A DNA stretch of 64,000 bases from an uncultured bacterium (GTDB lineage Bacteria > Planctomycetota > UBA1135 > GCA-002686595). The translations under genes and the position numbers were made by a program. The stretch lies in the NCBI GenBank assembly GCA_943787795.1, contig CALSNU010000002.1, positions 416,001 to 480,000 of the forward strand, read 5' to 3'. Shown one piece after another: positions 58,883 through 64,000 of this stretch. Below the pieces are notes generated by a model. That model was not told the origin of the DNA and did not search any database. It saw only the letters and a program-made list of their open reading frames with translations. The stretch's first letter is position 1. The number at the start of each line of letters is the position of its first letter.

Positions 58883-60466
58883 ATGCTCCTCTCCCAGAGA
58901 CCCCGCCTGGTCACCTCCCTCGTGTTGCTCCTGGCCGCCTCCGCGGCCTCCCCCGCTGCTGCGACCGCGCAGGAGAGCGGTCCCAAGGGGAGCCGGCCCA
59001 ACATTCTGTTCATCTTCAGCGATGACCACGCCACCGACGCCATCGGGGCGTACGGCGGGCGACTCGCGGGCGTGGACCCCACGCCCCGCATCGACCAGCT
59101 GGCGAGCGAGGGCATGGTCTTCCGGCGCTCCTTCTGCACCAACTCCATCTGCGGGCCGAGCCGCGCCGTGATCCTCACGGGCAAGCACAGCCACGTGAAC
59201 GGGTTCGAGCAGAACGGGAACCGCTTCGACGGGGGCCAGCCGACCTTCCCGAAGATGCTGAAGAAGGCGGGCTACACCACCGCCATGATCGGCAAGTGGC
59301 ACCTGGGGAGCGACCCCCAGGGCTTCGACTACTGGGACGTGCTCCCTGGCCAGGGGGCCTACTACAACCCACGCCTCAAGCGCGCCGAGGGCCCCCGGGT
59401 CGTGGAGGGGCACTGCACCGACATCGTCACCGACCTCGCCCTCGAGTGGCTCGAGGGGAACAAGGACTCCGAGCAGCCCTGGCTGCTCATGTGCCAGCAC
59501 AAGGCGCCCCACCGCACGTGGATGCCCGCCGCCCGGCACCTGGACCTGTACGCCGACATGGACCTCCCGGTCCCCGACACCCTCTTCGACGATCACGCGG
59601 ACAACTCGAGCGCCGCGGCCCGCTCCGAGATGTCGATCGCGGAGCACATGTACCTCTTCTATGACCTCTTCGTACCGCCGGTGGAGGGCGCGGACCCGAA
59701 GAAGGGCGGCTCCCTGGACGCCTCGGGTCAGCGCAACCTGGATCGTATGACGCCGGCGCAGCGGGCCCTCTGGGATGCCGCCTACGGCCCCCGCAACGCC
59801 GCCTTCCGCGCGGCCAATCTCGAGGGCGAGGATCTCGTTCGCTGGAAGTACCAGCGCTACGTGAAGAACTACCTGCGCTGCGTGCGCGGCGTGGACGAGA
59901 GCGTCGGGCGCCTGGTGGACTGGCTCGCGGAGAACGGCCTCGATGAGAACACCATCGTCATCTACTCGTCCGACCAGGGCTTCTACCTGGGTGACCACGG
60001 CTGGTACGACAAGCGCTGGATGTACGAGGAGTCCCTGGAGATGCCCTTCGTCATCCGCTGGCCGGGCGTCGTGCCCGCGGGGGGCACGTCGGACGCACTG
60101 ATCCAGAACCTCGACTACGCCCCCACGTTCCTCGAGGCCGCCGGCGCCGAGATCCCCGCGGACATGCAGGGCCGCTCCCTGATCCCGGTCCTCGGCGGCG
60201 AGACCCCCGAGGACTGGCGCGACGCCATCTACTACCGCTACTTCGAGTTCCCCGGCCCGCACCAGGTCGCCAAGCACTACGGCATCCGCACGGACCGCTA
60301 CAAGCTCATGTACTTCCACGACATCGACCAGTGGGAGTTCTATGACCTCCAGGAAGATCCCGACGAGCTCACGAACGTGTTCGGCGCCCCCGAACACACC
60401 GCCCGCATCGCCCGCCTGGCCACGCGCCTCGGTGAGATGAAGGCTGCGGCGCTCGACACCGATTGA
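58883..60466 (+). CDS. Formylglycine-dependent sulfatase (S1)
   Basis: Signal peptide; PNILFIFSDDH, CGPSRA, GKWH, SDQG, DKR. Confidence 0.95.
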   Translation: MLLSQRPRLVTSLVLLLAASAASPAAATAQESGPKGSRPNILFIFSDDHATDAIGAYGGRLAGVDPTPRIDQLASEGMVFRRSFCTNSICGPSRAVILTGKHSHVNGFEQNGNRFDGGQPTFPKMLKKAGYTTAMIGKWHLGSDPQGFDYWDVLPGQGAYYNPRLKRAEGPRVVEGHCTDIVTDLALEWLEGNKDSEQPWLLMCQHKAPHRTWMPAARHLDLYADMDLPVPDTLFDDHADNSSAAARSEMSIAEHMYLFYDLFVPPVEGADPKKGGSLDASGQRNLDRMTPAQRALWDAAYGPRNAAFRAANLEGEDLVRWKYQRYVKNYLRCVRGVDESVGRLVDWLAENGLDENTIVIYSSDQGFYLGDHGWYDKRWMYEESLEMPFVIRWPGVVPAGGTSDALIQNLDYAPTFLEAAGAEIPADMQGRSLIPVLGGETPEDWRDAIYYRYFEFPGPHQVAKHYGIRTDRYKLMYFHDIDQWEFYDLQEDPDELTNVFGAPEHTARIARLATRLGEMKAAALDTD

Positions 60467-60575
60467 CCCGGAGACGCGGCCCTCGGTCGCGCCTGACGGG
60501 AATCTCTCCCAGGTTGAGGACTCCAGGCCACCAGGCTTCAGAGCTCCAGCCTCTCCGACCGACGGGGAGACTGGT

Positions 60576-63131
60576 ATGTCGCATCGATCCCCGATCCTGG
60601 CAGCTGCTGGGGCCTTGGGCCTCGCAGCGTGTGGAATGGAGGGCGTCTCGGTCTCAGGACCGGAGACGACCGTGGGCTTCGTCAGCAGCGCCTCGAGCCA
60701 CGGGGAAGACGACGGGGCTCTGTTCATCGCCGTCGAGCTGACCACGGACCTCAACGCGCTGCCCCAGCCGGTCTCCGTCACGGTCTCCGACGGCCTGTCC
60801 GGCTCTGCCACCAGCGGGGCCGACTACGTCCCGTTCGCCCCGATCGAGGCGTCCTTTCCCGCGGGCTCACTCAGCGGCGCGACGACCCTCGTCCAGGTCA
60901 CCGCCCTCGGAGACAACCTCGCCGAGGGAGCCGACGAGACCGTCCAGCTGGTCCTCACCGACGCGTCCGGGGCCACCCTCGGGAGCACCACCGAGACCCT
61001 GCTCAGCCTGACCGATGCCGAGAGCGCCGACGTGCGCTTCGTACAGCCCACGAGCCTCACGCCGGATGAGTCGCCGGCGAGCTACGACATGGACGTCGAG
61101 CTCGTCCTCTCCGCCGGAGCGACCCTCGCCTTTGACATCGACCTCGTCGCCGTGGACGGAGGCGCGGGGACGGCGACCTCCACTGCGGACTACCAGGCGG
61201 TCGCGCCAGCCGCGATCCAGTTCAGCGCGGGCACCCCCTCGGGGGCCACGCGCACCGTCACCGTGGACGTCCTCGATGACGCCCTCTCGGAGGGGCCGGA
61301 GACGGTCCGCCTGAGCCTCTCGGGGGCCGACCTCTCCCGGCTCACCCTGGCGGGGCCCGCCGAGCACGTGCTCACGATTGTCGACGACGAGGGAGCGCCC
61401 ACTCCCCTGTTCGGGGCGAGCCACGGGCCGACCACCGGGGTCGAGACCACCCTCGTGTCTGGAGACACCGTGGACCTCGGCACCATGCCCAACGAGGGCG
61501 GCGCGAGCGTCGGCACCCTCCTGGTCCTCGCGAACCAGGGCGGCGCGGACATGCTCCTCGGCCAGCCCACCTTCGGCGGGACGGACCCGACCGACTTCTC
61601 CCTGGAGATCGAGGCCGCCAGCTTCGAGAACGGCGAGATGGTCGTCGCGTCCATGTCCGCCCCAGGAGAGACCGTCGACCTGGCCGCGCCGTTCGTACGC
61701 GCCGCCGCCCTCGGCCCGCCCGCTGCCACGGCACGCCCCGGCGTCGAGGTGGCGGTGGACGCCGCCAGCCTCGCCGACCTGCAGTACTTCGACCACGTCC
61801 GCCTGCACGGCTTCCCCGTGCCCGGGGGCGGCGACGTCACCCTGGAGCTGGACCGGATTCCCCTGCCGATCACGAGAGACGCCGTGCTGGCCCTCGACGG
61901 CAGGCCCGTCTCGGGGGGCCTCCGGGCCGCGCTCGGGGACCTCTCGACCTGGAGCGGACGGGCCCTCGAGCTCCCCGGCAGCCGCGTCTTCCTCGCCCTG
62001 CGCGAGGCCGGCCCCGAGGGCTGGATCGAGCTGCCCTTCGAGGACGGGCGCTTCATTCACCTCACCACCGAGACCGCCGCCACCCCCGGAACCGCGGCCA
62101 CCTGTCGCCTCATTCACGAGGATGACCTGCTGGCCCTGGCGCCGGACGCCCGCCCGCCCCTGTGCAGCGGCATGGAGCTCCCGCCGGGCGCCCAGCTCCC
62201 CTCACAGCTGGCCTCCTTTGGCAGCGGCGGCGCGGCGCCCGGTGCCCTACCCGGTGCTCTACCCGGCGCTCTACCCGGTGACGGGGACCCGCCGACCTCG
62301 GGCCTCGTGACCGTCGCCACGTGCCGCCTCGCCATCGAGACCGACTGGCAGTTCTTCCAGAAGTTCGGGAACGCCTCCGACGCCACGGCCTACGTCACCG
62401 GCCTCATCGCCGCGATCAGCGACGTGTACTTCGAGCACGTCCAGACCACCCTCACGATCGCCTACATCGGCCTCCACTCCACCTCCGCCGATCCCTGGAC
62501 CGCGCCCGACGTCGGCGCCAGCGCCGGCGCGCTGCTGAGCGAGTTCCGCAGCAGCTGGAACAGCTCGGGGTGGCCCGTGTCTGCCGACCTCGCGCACTTC
62601 ATGTCCGGCGCGGACCTCGGCGGCGGCATCGCGTATGTGAACGTGCTGTGCAGCCCGAACTTCGCCTACGGGGTCAGCGGGAACATGAACGGCAACATTG
62701 ACTGGGGGACCTGGACCGGCAACCCCGGGAGCTTCACCTGGGACTTCGTGGTGGTGGCCCACGAGCTGGGGCACAACTTCGGCGCCGAACACACCCACGA
62801 GTACTGCCCGCCCATCGACACCTGCACCACCAACTGCACCGGCGGCACTGCCTGCAGCCTGGGCACGCTGATGAGCTATTGCCACTCCTGCGGCGGCATG
62901 AACAGCATCGACCTCCGCTTCCACCCGCAGGTCTCCAACATCATGCGGAGCCGGGTCGATGCCAGCTGCCTGGGCGACGCGACCATGCAGGCGGGGGATA
63001 CCATCCAGTACCGCCTGCGCTTCGCGCCCCGCAGCGGCGCGGGCGCGAAGAACGCCACCCTGGACGTGGGGCACGACGCGGCAAACGCGCCGTCGCCCTT
63101 CACGATCAACGTGACGGGCCTGGCCCAGTAG
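60576..63131 (+). CDS. Lipoprotein: two Calx-beta domains + M12 (reprolysin-like) zinc metalloprotease + Ig-like (choice-of-anchor D/ASH-like) segments
   Basis: Lipobox LAAC; ATSGADY/ATSTADY Calx-beta motifs; HELGHNFGAEH and TLMSY Met-turn. Confidence 0.88.
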   Translation: MSHRSPILAAAGALGLAACGMEGVSVSGPETTVGFVSSASSHGEDDGALFIAVELTTDLNALPQPVSVTVSDGLSGSATSGADYVPFAPIEASFPAGSLSGATTLVQVTALGDNLAEGADETVQLVLTDASGATLGSTTETLLSLTDAESADVRFVQPTSLTPDESPASYDMDVELVLSAGATLAFDIDLVAVDGGAGTATSTADYQAVAPAAIQFSAGTPSGATRTVTVDVLDDALSEGPETVRLSLSGADLSRLTLAGPAEHVLTIVDDEGAPTPLFGASHGPTTGVETTLVSGDTVDLGTMPNEGGASVGTLLVLANQGGADMLLGQPTFGGTDPTDFSLEIEAASFENGEMVVASMSAPGETVDLAAPFVRAAALGPPAATARPGVEVAVDAASLADLQYFDHVRLHGFPVPGGGDVTLELDRIPLPITRDAVLALDGRPVSGGLRAALGDLSTWSGRALELPGSRVFLALREAGPEGWIELPFEDGRFIHLTTETAATPGTAATCRLIHEDDLLALAPDARPPLCSGMELPPGAQLPSQLASFGSGGAAPGALPGALPGALPGDGDPPTSGLVTVATCRLAIETDWQFFQKFGNASDATAYVTGLIAAISDVYFEHVQTTLTIAYIGLHSTSADPWTAPDVGASAGALLSEFRSSWNSSGWPVSADLAHFMSGADLGGGIAYVNVLCSPNFAYGVSGNMNGNIDWGTWTGNPGSFTWDFVVVAHELGHNFGAEHTHEYCPPIDTCTTNCTGGTACSLGTLMSYCHSCGGMNSIDLRFHPQVSNIMRSRVDASCLGDATMQAGDTIQYRLRFAPRSGAGAKNATLDVGHDAANAPSPFTINVTGLAQ
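62239..62280 (+). repeat. 12-bp coding tandem repeat (PGAL)x3
   Basis: ccggtgccctac ccggtgctctac ccggcgctctac ccggt in the linker before the catalytic domain. Confidence 0.8.
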
Positions 63132-63145
63132 GGCTCACCGTCCGC

Positions 63146-63165
63146 GAGGCTCCGCGCGGAGCCTC
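63146..63165. terminator. Hairpin between convergent genes
   Basis: GAGGCTCC-GCGC-GGAGCCTC. Confidence 0.4.
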
Positions 63166-64000
63166 AGCGAGCCTCGAGGTCCTCGGTGACCACGGTCATG
63201 AACTCGACGAAGGGCGACCAGTCCTTGATGGTCCCACCCTTGAAGCGGCCGAGCTCCTCCTCGGAGGAGGGGTCCACCGCCACGTAGATGGGCTGGGCGG
63301 GGCTGCCCGCGAGGGTTTCGATCAGGCCCGCGATGCGCTCGCGGAGCGCGAGGTCGTGGGCGTCCGAGTGGAGCCGGGCCTCGACCCAGCGTTGCTTGAG
63401 GGCGCGGACTTCAGGCTTGGGGAAGATGGAGACCTCCATCTTGCGGCAGACCACTCATGTGTGGCCGGTGAAGTTCACCAGCACACCCAGCCCCCGTTCA
63501 CGCGCGACCCTGAGGGCCAGGTCGTAGTCGTCCACCACCACCAGCGAGCCTCCCTGTCGCTTCACTCCTGCGGGAAGGGCCTGGCTGCTGCCGCCGCTGA
63601 CGACCTCGGCCTTGTGGGTCTCCACGAGGCCCCGGGAGTACTCGGGAGGCGGCGCCATGGCCGACATGATCGTCTCGTCGAGGTGGTAACCGAGGACGCC
63701 CATGAAGCAGTAGGCGGAGCCGATCAGGGTGACCAGGCCGCCGCAGAGCCGGCCCGGTCCGATCTCCCCGTCCGGGGACTCGCCCTTCAGGTTGATGCGG
63801 CCGAACAGGTACATGGCCGCGGCGAGGCCGATGGCCGCCCACATCATCAGGAAGACCTCGCGCGGCAGCCAGCCGGCCTGCAGGGCGATGTCCGCGTTGG
63901 AGAAGAACTTCAGCGCCGCCGCGAGCTCCACGAAGCCCATGAAGACCTTGAGCGTGTTCATCCATCCGCCAGCGGAGGGGATCGCGCTCAGGCGGCTGGG
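63164..64000 (-). CDS. dsbD: DsbD/CcdA-type thiol:disulfide interchange protein with C-terminal thioredoxin; predicted selenoprotein (U-V-V-C), in-frame UGA at 63455-63457; 5' part outside window
   Basis: PSAGGWMNTLKVFMGFVELAAALKF is typical of DsbD; VLVNFTGHT-U-VVCRKME matches the D/NFTG..CxxCRKME active site; ORFs 63455..63961 and 63164..63454 are contiguous and in frame. Confidence 0.85.
63423..63442 (-). promoter_or_regulatory. Putative bacterial SECIS hairpin
   Basis: UGA + 12 nt + AAGAUGGA-GGUC-UCCAUCUU (8 Watson-Crick pairs); AGGUCU apex matches the E. coli fdhF SECIS apex. Confidence 0.8.

Noticed and set aside
1..64000. Many long overlapping or antisense ORFs in the track (e.g. 7707..9209+, 12401..14176+, 15871..17466+, 24910..27204+, 58571..60811-)
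   Set aside because: They are shadow frames of well-supported genes in high-GC DNA and carry no recognisable motifs
11083..64000. Genome-wide UGA reassignment (code 4/25) as the explanation of the in-frame TGAs
   Set aside because: Most genes end at TGA at their expected C-termini, and Trp is encoded by TGG; the only two internal TGAs sit at redox-Cys positions followed by hairpins
1..64000. Sec machinery (selA, selB, selD, tRNA-Sec), transposases, integrases, prophage genes
   Set aside because: Looked for and not seen in this window, so the selenoprotein calls depend on genes elsewhere in the genome

Overview
High-GC bacterial chromosomal DNA, most likely an uncultured Planctomycetota. That assignment is inferred from PVC-type multiheme cytochrome, beta-propeller-ThuA, DUF1080, DUF3500, sulfatase and sialate O-acetylesterase genes. 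Contents: signalling genes, a Tat pair, a pentameric ligand-gated ion channel, purF, ispG, rpiA, a heme biosynthesis cluster (hemE-hemN-hemY/G-ccsA-like-hemA-DUF3500-hemC-hemD-hemL), gmhA, a sigma54-driven flagellar hook/rod cluster (fliK to flgL), a probable 6S RNA and a Calx-beta/M12 metalloprotease. No mobile element, CRISPR array, tRNA or rRNA was seen. Main result: two genes that the ORF track splits in two are each one reading frame interrupted by an in-frame UGA at a redox-cysteine position, with a SECIS-like hairpin 11-12 nt downstream. They are (1) a secreted 442-aa protein with a GC-T-U-GNG motif resembling the redox site of animal selenoprotein N (11083-12411) and (2) a DsbD/CcdA-thioredoxin with a U-V-V-C motif (63164->64000). 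Together they suggest an unannotated extracytoplasmic selenoprotein redox system; the Sec machinery genes are not in this window. Other notable signals: TAnnnT-N6/7-start motifs (leaderless mRNAs) before nine genes, a missed mini-TatA, a PTP-fold/cytochrome c' fusion, and a protease apparently inserted inside an Ig domain. All family calls come from recognising motifs by eye; no searches were run.
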